Source: the human T2T-CHM13v2.0 reference genome, Homo sapiens. From it: a stretch of DNA of 64,000 nt. This document shows, in pieces, positions 46,931-60,350 of the stretch; positions within the stretch are counted from its first letter, which is position 1, and every line of letters starts with the position of its first letter. The translations under genes were made by a program, and so were the position numbers. Where the stretch lies: assembly GCF_009914755.1 (NCBI RefSeq), contig NC_060926.1; one strand, given 5' to 3'. The notes under the pieces were generated by a model, which saw nothing but the letters and a program-made list of their open reading frames with translations, made no database searches and was not told the DNA's origin.

Positions 46931-47921
46931 ATCTACTCTGTGTTATAACCCCCCCTCTCAAAAACAAACAACTTTTTATGGGTCTTATTACAGGGTTACC
47001 CTTTGTGGTGGCTTTATGGTGTCCCTCTGTCTCTTTCTCCCTCCTTCTCTCCCTCCCTGTCTCTCCTAGATTTCATTGGGTGTGACAGTGGCTTAGGCTC
47101 AGCTCTGTCTTTAAGAATCATCCCAGTGTAGTAAAGGATATGAAATCACTGAGGCTCTCACCACAGAGTGTATGCTGTATCTGTAAACTAAATAGAATCA
47201 TTAACTCTGAATTGGAGGGGCTGGCATTCAGGAGGCTTCCTGGAGGTTTTTGTTCATTGGAAACATGCACCAGAACACTGCTATAAAGCTTTGGCATGTG
47301 TGTCAGCCTAACTGAAAACTTTCTGTAGGTTTAAAGTGAGAAGAAGAGAGTCTCTTATTGCATATTGTCAACATGGATAGAGATATAGAAAAGCAGATGC
47401 CAAGAAAATATTTTCTTGGTCAAGATAGCCAAGTATTATAAGATAAATGGGAGGACAGTGATATGACCATACTAGAAAGGATATTATTTTGTATGATATA
47501 AAATATCACATTTCTTTTAAGAAGCATAATCTAGATAATTTTTCTAATCATTTTATAATATGTTTCTGTCATGTCCTCCTCTGATCCCATTTTCCATCTT
47601 ATAAATGCTCCCTTTCTTTAGGATCGCTTATCCTGTCTTGTGTTGACCTAATTTTGTGGCTAATTGCCACATGGAACCTAAAATGCTGCTGCTGTCTGGG
47701 TCTGAAGTGCTGTCAGTTACACATCATATTTTATGTAAAAATCTACAATGAAGACTAGCAATTATTTCAAGTAAAATCATTGGCTTTTCACTAAAATGTG
47801 GGGTATAGATAAAATCTAGGACAACCTCAATGGCTAATAGAGGTGAGGAAGGGATTTTGAGAAAAAAGGAACAACTTCCTCAACATTGCCTTAATATTGC
47901 TAGAGGTATTTATGGTCTTTC

Positions 47922-47997
47922 GTGTGTGTGAGAGACTCAGGTTCTTTGGATCAATAGTTGTGTGTGTGAGAGACTCAGGTTCTTTGGATCAATAGTT
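47922..47997. repeat. Perfect 38-bp tandem duplication
   Basis: gtgtgtgtgagagactcaggttctttggatcaatagtt x2. Confidence 0.95.
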
Positions 47998-48214
47998 GGT
48001 GGAGGTCCCTTCTCCTGAAAATGCATCCCAGCTTAGAACAGGTTCATTTTTCATATCCTTACACAGTAGGCTCTGATATAACCTTTTAAGGGCGTGACTG
48101 AGTGTGAAAATGCTTTTCCTCACCCATGAGTTTATAAATCTTACCCAGCAGTAGTATAAAATGAAAAAAATCTGAAAACTTTAAAAATCCCTGATGGAAG
48201 AGCATACTTATGAT

Positions 48215-49740
48215 TTGAATGTTTTATATTTCTTAAGACTTATATTGTGGACCAAAATATGGTAGATGTTCTGGGTGCATTTGAAAAATACATGTATTCT
48301 GCTGTTGTAAGTTGGAGTGTTCCATAAATGTTAATCAGGTCAAGTTGCTTCATTGTGTTGTTCAAGTCTTCTATATCCTTCGTGATTTTGTATCCACTTG
48401 GTCTGTCAGTTTTTCAAAGAGCATATAGAAATCTCCAGTTGTAATTGTGAATGTGTCTATTTCTCTTTGCAGTGCTATCAGTTTTTGTATCATGTATTTT
48501 GAAGCTGTATTATTAGGTGCAGAAATATGTCAGATGATTATGTCCTTTTGATAAGTTGATCCATTTATAATTATGGATTTATTTTCTAATGGCTGTTAAT
48601 TGTCTTTTCTTTGAATAATACTTTGTCTGAATATAGCCATTCTAGTTTTCTTTTGGTTAGTGTTATCATGGTGTATAGTTTTTTAGTCTTTTTCTCTTAA
48701 ACTATGTGTGTCTTTATATTTAAAATGAAGTTTTGTAGGCGGCATGTAGTTGGGTATTGCTATTGTATCCAATCTGACAGTCTCTGGATTTTAAATTGTG
48801 TTATCAGACCATTTATATTTACATTTAATGTGGTTGTTGATATAGATAGGTTCACACCTATCATTTTGTTATTTTCTATCTGTTTATTCTTCATTCCTCA
48901 TTTTCTTTTTTTTTCCTGCCTTCTTTTTGGATTAATTCATCCTATTCTATCTCCTTTGGTGGCTTATGAGCTATAACTCTTAGCTTTGTTAATTTAGTGG
49001 TTACTTTAAGGCTTATAGTTACATATTTAACTTTTACTTTCAAGTGATATTATACCACCTCACATATAGTGTGTTTGGGGTTGTATGCTTCTGTTTCTTT
49101 GACACATTTGTTTTCGGATGTTTTACTTATAAATATGTTATAAACTCAATCTCGTATATTTATCCGTGTAGTTACCGTTTCCAGCGTTCTTTCTTCCTTT
49201 GTTTAAAGCCGTTTCCACCTTTTATCCTTTTTCTTCTGCCTGAAGAAAGTGCCTGATTTTCCTGCCTTCTTCCTTTAACATTTCTTGTGGTGTGGGTTTA
49301 CTGATGATGATTTTTCTGCTTTTATATGCTTGAAAAATTCCTTATTTCACCTTCATATTTAAAGTATACTTTGGCTAGATATAAAAAAATAGATTGACAG
49401 ATTTTTTTTCCAGTATCTAAACATTGTGCTCCACTCTCTATTCACTGCAATGTTTCCGACAAGAAATCTGCTGTCACCATGATTGTTGCTCCCCTCTGCT
49501 TAGCATGCTCCCCTCTGCTCTCCCTCCCACTTCCCTCCCTCCAGCTGTTTTGATGATTTCCTTTTTATCACTGCTTTTGGGCCATTTGATAATAGTGTAT
49601 CATGGTGTAGTTTTCTTCATATTTCGTATGTTTTTGTGGTTAGTTGGAATTATCGGATCTGTGAGTTTATAGTTTTCACTAAATTTAGAAACTTTCCATT
49701 ATTTCTTCACGTACATTTTTTCTGTTCCTATCACCCACTC
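48215..49740 (-). mobile_element. Old L1M (MC/MD/ME-type) ORF2/ORF1 fragment
   Basis: 'catttgaaaaatacatgtattctgctgttg', 'tgtgttgttcaagtcttctatatcctt', 'atccaatctgacagtctctg', 'acaagaaatctgctgtc'. Confidence 0.7.
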
Positions 49741-50594
49741 ACTGACTTTGAGGTTAAGGTAAGCAATGATTTAGGTGGAAATCTACCATTACTTTGTCTG
49801 GCCCGTTAGTTCTGACCTAGAACCCCACCCATACTTTTGTAAATTAAAATGTTTCTTTTTTTCCACTGAGAAATCATTTGTCAATATTACCAATTTCCAG
49901 TGCTCTTGCAGCTGCCTTTCTCATTCTGAGATTTCTTGTGCATTTTGGTAAGCAAATCAAGGGTACGGAATTCAGTGCTACCATCTGCCTTACATTTTAA
50001 CTCTTTGGTCTTAACTTAGAAGAACATTTTTATAATTTTTCCTGTGCTCTGATGTTGTTTCATTTAAACCTGGAATGACGCAGTTGTTACTTTTGAATCT
50101 TAATGACCTGTGTGATGTGGAGCTAAATTTAGAAGGCTGGAGTAGGGAAAGTGGGAGTAGATTTGCTATCCATTGGATTCTAATACGATAAAATACAGTT
50201 TTCTTTCCTCAAATTTAAAATGCCCGATTTTAATCTCATAAATATCTATGCCTTCCGAGTTATGTGATAAAATTAAACTAAACTCTAGTAAACATCATTC
50301 TATATGCTGCAATATGAATAAGATATCAGTTATTTAGGAGTGGGAGTCACTAATATGTACATGGCAATTTCTGATTAACACTGACAGTATCAGAGCTGTT
50401 TTCACATTAGATTAAAATAGTAATTTAGCTGCTTAGTAAATGATTGAATGCCAAGAGTGTTATATAATCTGTTCACTAGGAATTAGTAAATGTTGCCAAG
50501 TATGAATGATTCATTTCCTTAATAACACAGGAAGTACCAGGCTATAAGTTTCCATTAAGGAGGTTTGGTCAGGACTGGACTCAGCACTGGCACA

Positions 50595-50760
50595 GAGGCA
50601 GCACAGCTATGTGGGAAGAACACAGGCTGGTCTGCAGGTGTCTAGATTTGGATCCTAGCTCTGTTACTTACTACTTTGTGACTTTGAGCAAATTCACGTC
50701 TCTGAAAGGTCAGTTTTCCTTCTGTAAAATATCCCAACTTCTGTTGTAGAATTATTATTA
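50595..50760. mobile_element. MIR
   Basis: 'ggatcctagctctgttacttactactttgtgactttgagcaaat..cagttttccttctgtaaaat'. Confidence 0.65.
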
Positions 50761-50767
50761 TAAATAA

Positions 50768-50890
50768 ATAGTAACATATATATAATAGTAACATATATAA
50801 ATAGTAACATATATGTATATATATGTGTGTGTATATATATGTGTATCTATATATGTGTGTGTGTATATATATATATATATATGTATATAA
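50768..50890. repeat. Three copies of atagtaacatata followed by a (TA/TG)n microsatellite
   Basis: Directly visible. Confidence 0.85.
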
Positions 50891-51739
50891 TGTCTACCTG
50901 TATTGTTGCTAGGGGCTGCCCTGGACTATGTTTATTACTTTCTGTTGTACCTAAGATGGCATTTTTTGTCCTCAAAAAAAAAAAAAAAAATAGTACTCTT
51001 TAGGGAGAGACCGGAAAAAAATGGTGAGTACTGTCTTTGTTCCAGGATTTTACAGGGAAAGATGAGGCAGCTTTATATTATATTGTAGTCAGTTTAAAAT
51101 TTTTCTATTGTTTGTTTCAATGATGAAAAAATCCAAAGAAAAAACCTAGAAAGAAAAATCAATAGCTTTGTACAAATATAGTATGACAATTGAGAACAAC
51201 TGGTTTTGCTGTTAAATGTGTCTTAAACTAGGAAACTCAGGGTTTTGTCAAATGGTATCAGAATGAGAAACAGACTTAATTTTCTTTTTGGGTCCAATGG
51301 CTACATATGTTCTTCAACAGTTGGAAAGCCACTGTATCCAGGTGAAGTAATTTTGCTCAGGAATTAATTGAAGATCACGGAGGTACTGTGAAACCAAGAT
51401 ATAGAAGAGTCAGTTTCAAATGGTCTTTTTTAGTGAACAACAACAGCAAAATCTGACAACTACCAAAAAAATTGAGATGGCTGTAGCCTGTGGTAGGGAG
51501 AGCAAACAGGATGGATGAGCAAAACCACAGTAGTTTGAGTTTTATGTGAAGGTGATGATAAATAAGGAATATTAATCTCTATTTTCAGAGAAGCCCTCTC
51601 ATCTCATGTTTGTTCATGGGTACATTGTTGTTCCCAAAGACTGCCCGTTATTACTTTGTTATTACAATCATGTAGTGTATACAGTGGTAGTACTACTATG
51701 TGCACTGTGTTTTTGTGCATAATAGGCTTTTAATTTGTT

Positions 51740-52370
51740 CTTTCAATAAATATTCATTGGATACCTGTTATGAGTTAGGGGCTGACAGTACAATGGCAAA
51801 GAGGCAGACAAAAATCCCTGCCCTCATGAGGCTTAGATTAGAGTAGAAGAAAGCAGACAATAAACAAATTAAGAAAAGATTTAGTATGCTGGAAGATAAT
51901 AAATGGCATGGAGGAAAATAAAGCAGGACAAAGGGATAATGTGTGTGTGTGTTTGGGGGGATGGCTCATTCATTGAGGAGGTCATATTAGAGCAAACATC
52001 TGAAGGAGGTCTGTGAGTTAGTTATAGTGAGTGTCTGGAAAAGGTGGAGGCTTCGATATAGAGAGACCAGCAAGTGTACAGGCTTTGCATGGGCTTTTGA
52101 GTGGTCTCTCGTGTTTGAATAATAGCAAGGAGGCTAGTGTTCCTGGAGCAGAGTGAGTGAGGGGAGAGGAAGAGATGTCAGAGATCACAGGGGGTCAGAT
52201 CATAAAGACCTTCTAAGCCTCTTCTAAGTTCGTTACTTGGAGCAAAATAGGAAGCCAACACAGGGCTTTGAGAGAAGACTGATATGATTTGACCTATTTT
52301 TAAAGGTTCAGTGTAGCTTCTGTACTGAGAGTAAAATATAAGGGGGCTAGAGAGGAAACACAAAGACTAA
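51740..52370. mobile_element. L2 fragment
   Basis: 'ttcaataaatattcattggatacct', 'cagacaaaaatccctgccctcatg', 'aatagcaaggaggctagtgttcctggagcagagtgagtgagggg'. Confidence 0.7.
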
Positions 52371-53649
52371 TAATCCATTAAACAGAGCTAAGTTAGTGGG
52401 TTGCTCACTTGCTTCCTTATAAATGTTGTGCCAGAGAGAAGATTAGTGGCAAATACCCATTAAACCTCTGTGAGATTGGAAGGGTTGGCTTCCTCGAGGG
52501 GAACGTGAGTTTCTTTTGGCAGATAAGGAAATACTCCTCGGTGATACAGAGGCGTCCTTTCTCTTATTAGTGGTGACTTGGTGACAGGAAAGTGAAGTTG
52601 CAGGCTCTGGCCCACCTGAATGTTTCAGATCTATTTCTGGAAAACAGGTATTAGGAGGTATGCAAGGAGCCTCTTTCTATTATTTCAACTTAAAAGTTCC
52701 CTAATTGGATTGAGTTCAAGTTCTGTGTCATGGTTCTGTTTTGCTGGGAGAAGCTAATAAAGAAGGAAGCTGCGGATTCTTCGTTGTAGGACAAATGGAG
52801 TGCAGCAATTAGGCAGTACTGTCCCTCCACTGGACAAAAGCCTTAAGCAGCTCAGGCAAACACCAAACAAAAACCTGTCACATGCACACAGATGTAGATG
52901 CCTGGTGAAATCTTAGAAAATGTATTCACATTTATTCTCTGGCAGTAATATTCTTTTCACAAAGCATTCCACACTATGATAGCTGTATCATTAGTCTGAT
53001 AATCTCAAGTTAATTCTCTGTTGCTTTTTATATGGTGTGCTCAGTGTATTGGTTTAGAGAAAAAGGCTGAAGAGCTTAAAGAGATTGGTCTAAGAAATTG
53101 CAGGTTAGCTGGGAAAGGAGAATAGACTACCGTTAGAAAAACGTATAGTTAAATCCAAAGGGAGCGATTGTCTTTGGATAAATGGATTTCTACACGTGTT
53201 CAGTAGATGGTGAGTAATTCCCACGTGTTCCACCCTGTGCTAGATACATGGGAATTCAACAGGGTGTCTGCCCCAGAGATGCTAATATCTCTTAGGAGAG
53301 ATGATTACATTGACACATGACACCATATGAACAATTTTCTGTCCAACCTATGGGTGGTATGGGTGGGGGGATTCTTAATGAGTCTTTCCCCTAACAATTA
53401 GCCATATATCTTTACAGTGGAGACCAGATATAAAGAAACAGTAAACACAGCAATTCAAAATTCAATACTAGCCATTCCTTTATGTCTAATATCAGATGAC
53501 CCCTTCAGAGCATTTTGTCTTATAATATTCTGCACCTATAGTTTTGTTTTCTACTTCTCAATCAAGTAGCTAATAAATATCAGGGTACCATCTAGCTGTC
53601 TTAAAATGCTATAGCTTCTTTCTTAATCATTCCACATTATTGAATATTG

Positions 53650-53950
53650 GTTGGTATATAACTTAGCATAGAACTGGTGGTTTTGTTAAGCACAAAATTT
53701 CAGTGGCTTAAAGAATGCAATGAAAGTCTATTTCTTGCTCATTTAAAGGTCTGGTGCAAATGTTCGTGGTTTCCAGGTAACTTTCTTCCATGTGGTGATT
53801 CAGGAACCTAGGATGTTTCCACTTGAGGCTCTACTGCCCCCTCAGGTCTTGGAGTCTTCTGTGTTCAGTCAGCGGACGGAAAAAGAGAGTAGAGAATAGA
53901 TAGTTCCTACCTGAGCAGTCACTTCCTCTTCTATGGGAAGAAAGCACTTA
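53650..53950. mobile_element. Old MLT1-type LTR fragment
   Basis: 'aaatttcagtggcttaaag..tatttcttgctca', 'gtggtgattcaggaacctagg'. Confidence 0.5.
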
Positions 53951-54567
53951 GCTGATCTTTGTATGTATGATTTCTATTTTTTGTAAGTTGCCAATGGCAG
54001 TACTTTTAAATAGCTTTGCACAAATGGATTTTTTTTCTATTTTAGATTAATGTATTTGAGATGTATTTCTAGAAGTAAGTGTATTAGATAGGTTTTAATT
54101 ATAAAATTATATTGAATTATATTTTATTTAATACATCAATTAAAATCATAATTTATATACCTGTAAAGTTATTGGATATGAACCATCTCACTTCATTATT
54201 GTTCAGGCTCAGCTGAAGAATATCTTTGCTAGCCTATATCCAGGATAATGAATACCATGAGAAAACAGCCATATTATATTGTCATATTTAACTGAAGAAA
54301 ACGCTATTGCTACTATACTTTATTCAACTCAAAACATGAGTTACCTAATTTAACAAAAGAGATACACATACTGATAGACTAAAATGATTTTACCAGTATA
54401 TGTGATTTGAAAAGAAAATTAGAACATATGTCTAATAGTCTTTACATTCCTTTTGTTTATTTATAGACAGAAGAAGAAAGATATGATTTCAGGCTTCTTA
54501 ATTTAGACTGAATCTGCCCCAAAGCAGGAAACATTCTTCCTACACACATTAAAAGTTACTATTTGGA

Positions 54568-54873
<306 letters not shown>

Positions 54874-55984
54874 GAGTTACTATTTGGAAAAGGTAATCCT
54901 TTTCATAACTTGAGATGAAACCAGATATGTGAATGAAGTTGAGCAGATCACCAATATGAGGGATTTTCATTTTGTTTTGTTTTGGTATTTCTGGCATAAT
55001 TAAAACAAGACTAAAGGCTGAGACTGGGATCTATTTTGTGTTAACTAAGATAATAAAAAAAAACATTGCTTTATAGTAAAAATTAAGAAGTTTGCATAAG
55101 AAACGATGGGGTTGGAAAAATTTCTACCAGAATTATTTTGGGGAAAAACACCCCAAACATCTCAAATATTTGTAGAACTCATTCCAATTTATAAAGCTCT
55201 CTCTACTTTGACAAGCTATATCATTAAATAACTACAGGTGGAAAGCATATGGAAAAATGTTCTCATTTGTTAGTTATAAAATGTTTTCATTGAATTAGCA
55301 ACCCTCCACAAATTTGGTAGGGCCCAGAGAATTCAGAGACACTCTTGAATTACTGGGGGGTGTTGTAGAGTAGTACTGACTGAAGATGTTCCCAGCACAT
55401 AGCTAAGTGCCTGACATGCACTGTGCTACCTGTGAACAATGGATCTCATCCTCACAGTATCTGCAGGGCCCTTGAGGGCTGCCACATGGCAATCAACAAT
55501 CCATCATGGCTGCTTCCTGCATGACTTGATGTGGCGTCTGATGAACATGAGCCTTGACAAACTTCTCTCACTCTGTTCAGATTGCTGCCCATCTGCCAAG
55601 ACCTCCGGGTCTGGGACTGCACTCCACTTAGGTCTCTGTTTCTGGCGTTCCTCACATTTATGTATTTATTTTTCCCGTCATTAATATTTCTTTTTAAATA
55701 AAGTAGACTATTTTACTGCTTCTTGAATAGTATAGTATTCTTCTTTTAAGTTATGGCATCTTTTTGTAAATACTATGTGGTTCTGTTTTGCTTTGTACAC
55801 TCATTCTTGATTAAAATGATATTTTTTTCAAGATCTAACATTTGCTAATACCCAGGTTGAATGATTTTTCCTAGTTCTCACTACTTACTTGTTCTCTTTT
55901 AAAGTCATCTTTAAGATAATTTTTCAAAGTTGAAAAAAATTAATACATACGCTAATAAGTAATTAAATTAGAACAAGAAGATCT

Positions 55985-56170
55985 GTCTGCTTGATGCCCA
56001 CATCCACCATTTACTAGCTGCATAAATCTGAGCAAATTACTTAACTTTTTTAACAATCTGGGAAATAGGGATGAAAATATTCATTTCATAGTGGGTTGTG
56101 AAGATCAATGTTAAAGTCATATAAGAACGTGCTTTACAAATGGTAAATTGCTATATATAGATGTTAATTA
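55985..56170. mobile_element. MIR
   Basis: 'ccaccatttactagctgcataaatctgagcaaattacttaac'. Confidence 0.6.
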
Positions 56171-56619
56171 TTATTGTCAATAATGGAAGATATATTAGCA
56201 CTTTTTCCTACCATATTTTGGGATGGAGAGTGGGGAGATAGTTTCAGCTACTTAATGTCTATTTGTTTATTTATTTATTTAAACTCAAGTCAGAATTTTT
56301 CTGAGAACTATGGAAAACTTGAATATACATGAAGGAGAAACCTTTGAACCTTGTGGTGAAAAAGTGAGAGGAGGCAGTGGCAGAGAAATAAATGGAGAAG
56401 ATCTTTTATTAAGAAATTGGCTTCTCAAGCCACACTTACTTACAGTTCTTTGTATATCTTTCCAGAACTATTCCATTCACTGTGAACTATGTGTGAATCG
56501 CTTTTGAAAGAGTCAGACACAAATGCAAGCATACCATATGCTCTACTGCACTTTATGCACTGGACAATATCTATTTGAAATCACTTTCCATTCATAGGAA
56601 TCTGCTTCATTCCTTTTTA

Positions 56620-57015
56620 AAATTATTATTTAAATACATTCAATTGTGTATATTTAAGGTATACAACATGATGTTATAAGTTACATACAGGCAGTAAAAT
56701 GATAACTATAGAGAAACAAATTAACATATCCATCATCTCACATAGTTATCCATTTTTGTGGTAAGGGCAGCTAAAATCTAATCAATTTGCAAAAATCCCA
56801 GATACAATTTTATTAATTGTAGTTCTCCTTTTGTTTATTAGATCTCTAGATTTGCTCATCTTACATATCTGCTGCTTTGTATCTTCTGACCTACGTCTTT
56901 CCATTTCCTCTCCAACCCTTCACCCCTGGTAACCACTGTTTAATTCTCTATTTCTGTATATTTAGCTTTTTAAAGATATATTCCACATATGAGTGAAATC
57001 ATGCAATATTTTTCT
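56620..57015 (-). mobile_element. L1MA 3' end inside older L1ME remnants
   Basis: 'aattgtgtatatttaaggtatacaacatgatg', 'attagatctctaga', 'cccctggtaaccactgtt', 'ccacatatgagtgaaatcatgcaatatt'. Confidence 0.75.
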
Positions 57016-57489
57016 TTTAATAGTTTCATGACATTCTTTTATGTGGATATAAATATAGTTTATAAAAAACAGCCTACTTGATATATTATTAAACATTTTT
57101 TATATTATTAGCACTGCTGCAATGAGTACCATATACCTTAGCTTGTATCTACCAATATAGAAATACGATAAATACCCAGAAATGCTGAATTAAAGTGCCT
57201 GGGTGTTTTACATTACGACATGTGTTGCCAAATTGCCTTTATTTACTTTCATTTTATAGAAATTAGAACTTTGTTACATATATTGCAGTTTTTCATTTTT
57301 CAATTTGTCCTGTAATTCTGTTTATATTTTTTCATTTAGAATTTTAAAATATTTGTATATAGTTACATTTCTTGATTTATTTTCTTTTATGATTTTCAGG
57401 GTTTTGGTTAATCTACTCCAAAATGTTTTGTTTTTATCATTTTACAGTATCATTTTCTAAATCTTTAAATCTTTATTTACTGGTTTTCA

Positions 57490-57610
57490 TAATGCGCTAT
57501 AGTTATGTAACGTGTCACTATTGGGGGAAATTGAGCGGTGGGTATAGAGGACATCTCTGTATAATTTTTGTAATTTCTCGTGAGTCTATAATTATTTCAA
57601 AATAATACAT
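57490..57610 (+). mobile_element. L1MC/MD 3' terminal fragment
   Basis: 'ctattgggggaaattgagcggtgggtatagaggacatctctgtataatttttgtaatttc..taattatttcaaaataa'. Confidence 0.6.
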
Positions 57611-58959
57611 TAAAAGGTAATAAGGTAAAGTAAAAGGTGAAAAGCATTCTAGTTTAGACGTGCCAAAGGAAAATTCAGCAACCCTTGCCTTCTATAAGTG
57701 CTCAAAGAAGACAACCCTTTTGTTTTGAGTGCCAGTGGGATCTGCTGGGTTTTCCAGTAGCATGCTCTGCAGTAGTGTGATAACAACAGAAAATAGCAGC
57801 CACTGTGCATCTGGGTAGCACTACTACTAATTTTCTTATTCATATACCATTTCACAACTTCCCAGCCTCTTTACATAAATATTGTCATGTAATTCTCTTA
57901 ACAGCCTTGTGGAGGTCAGTGTTAGTATTTGTGCTGTATGTATGTGGAAACGAACTCACGGAAGCTGAGTGACTTGTGTGTGGTTCCAGGTATTTTCAAG
58001 CAACAGAGTTGAGGCCCTCCCCGAGGTGGGGCTGCTTCTGATATGATACCACAGTGGCCTTTGGCCTTTGGTGACTCTTTATTTTAGGGCAGGAAACGAC
58101 TCTGCTCTCTGCAGTACACAGCTGGTTGACCTGATAGCAGCTGCACAGGCCCTGCTGAGAGGATTGCCATAGGATGAAAAGTGTGGGGGGAAGGATTGCA
58201 GAGACAGAGAAGGACATGGCCAAGAGGCGGAGTTGCTGTGACCCTTGTTAACATGACTGAACTGCAGTCAATCATTTGAATACCTACTTTGTCCAAGATT
58301 TATGCTTAGCATTTAATATATATTATTTTATGTGTGCTTGATAAACTGTTTTTAATCTCCATCTTGTAATTGAGGAAACCAAAGCTTAGAAATAGTAAGC
58401 AATATACCCAAAGAACATGGCTAGATGGTGGCTGAACTCAGATCAGAACTCTGGCCTTCCTGATTCTTGTAGGTTCAGAGAGAAAGGCATGAGTAAAATA
58501 GGAATAGATAGGTTTATAGATCCTTTTGCTTCCTTTCCAGGAAACTTGACTACATTATTTTATTAACTTGCATGTGACAAATGAGATCTGAAGAAACTTT
58601 TCTTAGGAGTTATCACTTTCTCCCCAGAAAGACACAGTGGTCCTATTGCTACCACCTTTTCTCTTGCCCTCACTCCAGCCAGGCAGCAGGCTCTACACAC
58701 TGTGCTTGCTGCTGTTGATTGCCTTTGGCCATACATGCTTAGAGCTGTGACAGTGCTACATGCATTTTACAAGGCCTTGTTTTCTGAATTTCAGCCTCCT
58801 ATCCTTCTTGTTTTTATAGATGATGACTGTATTTTAATGGAATCTGAGAGAGTAGACTGAAGAAGTGCCAAGCCTGCAATTAGGCGCAATAGTTTAGTGA
58901 CCTCTCCTGTGCAAGAATTGTAAGGCTCTGGAGGATAGGGGCCTCTTGTAAAATAATGC

Positions 58960-59180
58960 ATTCAGATTCAACAGACATTTACTAATAAGCATTGCAATGT
59001 GGTAAACCCAGTGCTAAGCTCTTTATATCTGTAATCTTTGCAACAGTCCTGCAGTGGAGGTATTATTTTCATTTTGCAGATGAGGAAAGTCTGAGTGCAT
59101 ATGACTGTCCTAAGATCGCATCTCTTGTCACTGACAGGGATAGGATTTTGACTCAGATCTATCTGATCCCAAGGTCAGCT
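58960..59180. mobile_element. MIR (similar fragments at ~57860-57990, 58280-58470, 61740-61850, 62760-62960)
   Basis: MIR core 'cattttgcagatgaggaaagtctgag', 'gtgacttgcccaaggtcac', 'tcagtttctacatctgtaaaatg'. Confidence 0.6.
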
Positions 59181-59389
59181 CCCTTCACAGAACTGGGGGG
59201 TGAATCCTTGGATGTGCAGGGATACTTACTAATTGTAGGTGCTTTAATTATTTTAATCTGGGAGTTTTCCTTTGCTGAATCCTGATTACCTAAAATGCAC
59301 GGCCACTGATGAAGATCATCTTTTCAGCTACATGGTATGTTGCCCATTGGTGTCTGAGCAATTTTTCTTCCTTTTAAAATATCTGCTTG

Positions 59390-60350
59390 TTATTGCCACG
59401 GTTCCTAGGCCATCCATGCTCACTGCACTCCCCTTGTTTCCTCCTACATCTCTAGCTGGTAATTTTCAGTCTTATTTGCAAGTTCTTTAACCTCATTGGG
59501 GTCCTTTCAGTGTTGAGGCTTCTCCGGGTTTTGTTTTGGACCTTCTCTTCCACTCTACACACTCCCTTTCACCATCACACTCCCCTGGCAATCTTCTTCA
59601 TTTCAATTACACCTGTAAGTGACAGTGTTCACAACTATTCATCTAGACCCTATGTTTCTTTTGGGCTCCAGATCTATGTATTATTCAGAATCTCATTGGG
59701 ATGTGCCATAGACGATTCAAATAGCCCATATCCTTTCCCTACTTCTATGATTGCATCATTCTTGAATCCTTCTTCTTACATTCAACCAATCACCATGTCC
59801 TAGTGATTCTACTAAATATTTAGCAAAACCATTTTTATTCTAACTTTACTGCCAACCCCAGAGCAGGCTGCTACCATCTCTGTCCTAATTTTTCATGCCT
59901 CCAGACTATCTCCTCTTTGAATTCATCTCCATACTACTGACAGAATGTTTTTTTGTTTTCAAAAACCTAATTATGCTTATTCTCTGTTTAAAGATTTTGC
60001 GATAACTTTACATCTCTCTCAAAGTGAAGTCAAGTTCTTAATATAACCTACAAGGCCCTCAGTGTCTGGCCTCCTGTCTCACTTTGTTATTTTCATCCTT
60101 TCCCTCTTCCTCTAAACCAGCTACTAATGTTTTCTGACCTCTTGGTAGTCTGGGATAGGGTCCCTTCTCTGGGTCTTGCTTTCCTTTTTAATAGCATTTA
60201 TCATATGGAATTATAACTTTTTACGTGACTGCATTCCCCCACCAGACTGTAAGCTGCTAAAGGTCAGAGACTCTATCTTGTTCACACCTATCCCCAACCA
60301 AGCACAGTGACTGGCACATTGCACGTACTCGATAAACATGTATTGAAGTT
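59390..60350. mobile_element. L2 fragment
   Basis: 'cattcaaccaatcaccatgtcct', 'cctacaaggccctc', 'accagactgtaagctgctaaaggtcagagact..agcacagtgactggcaca'. Confidence 0.65.
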
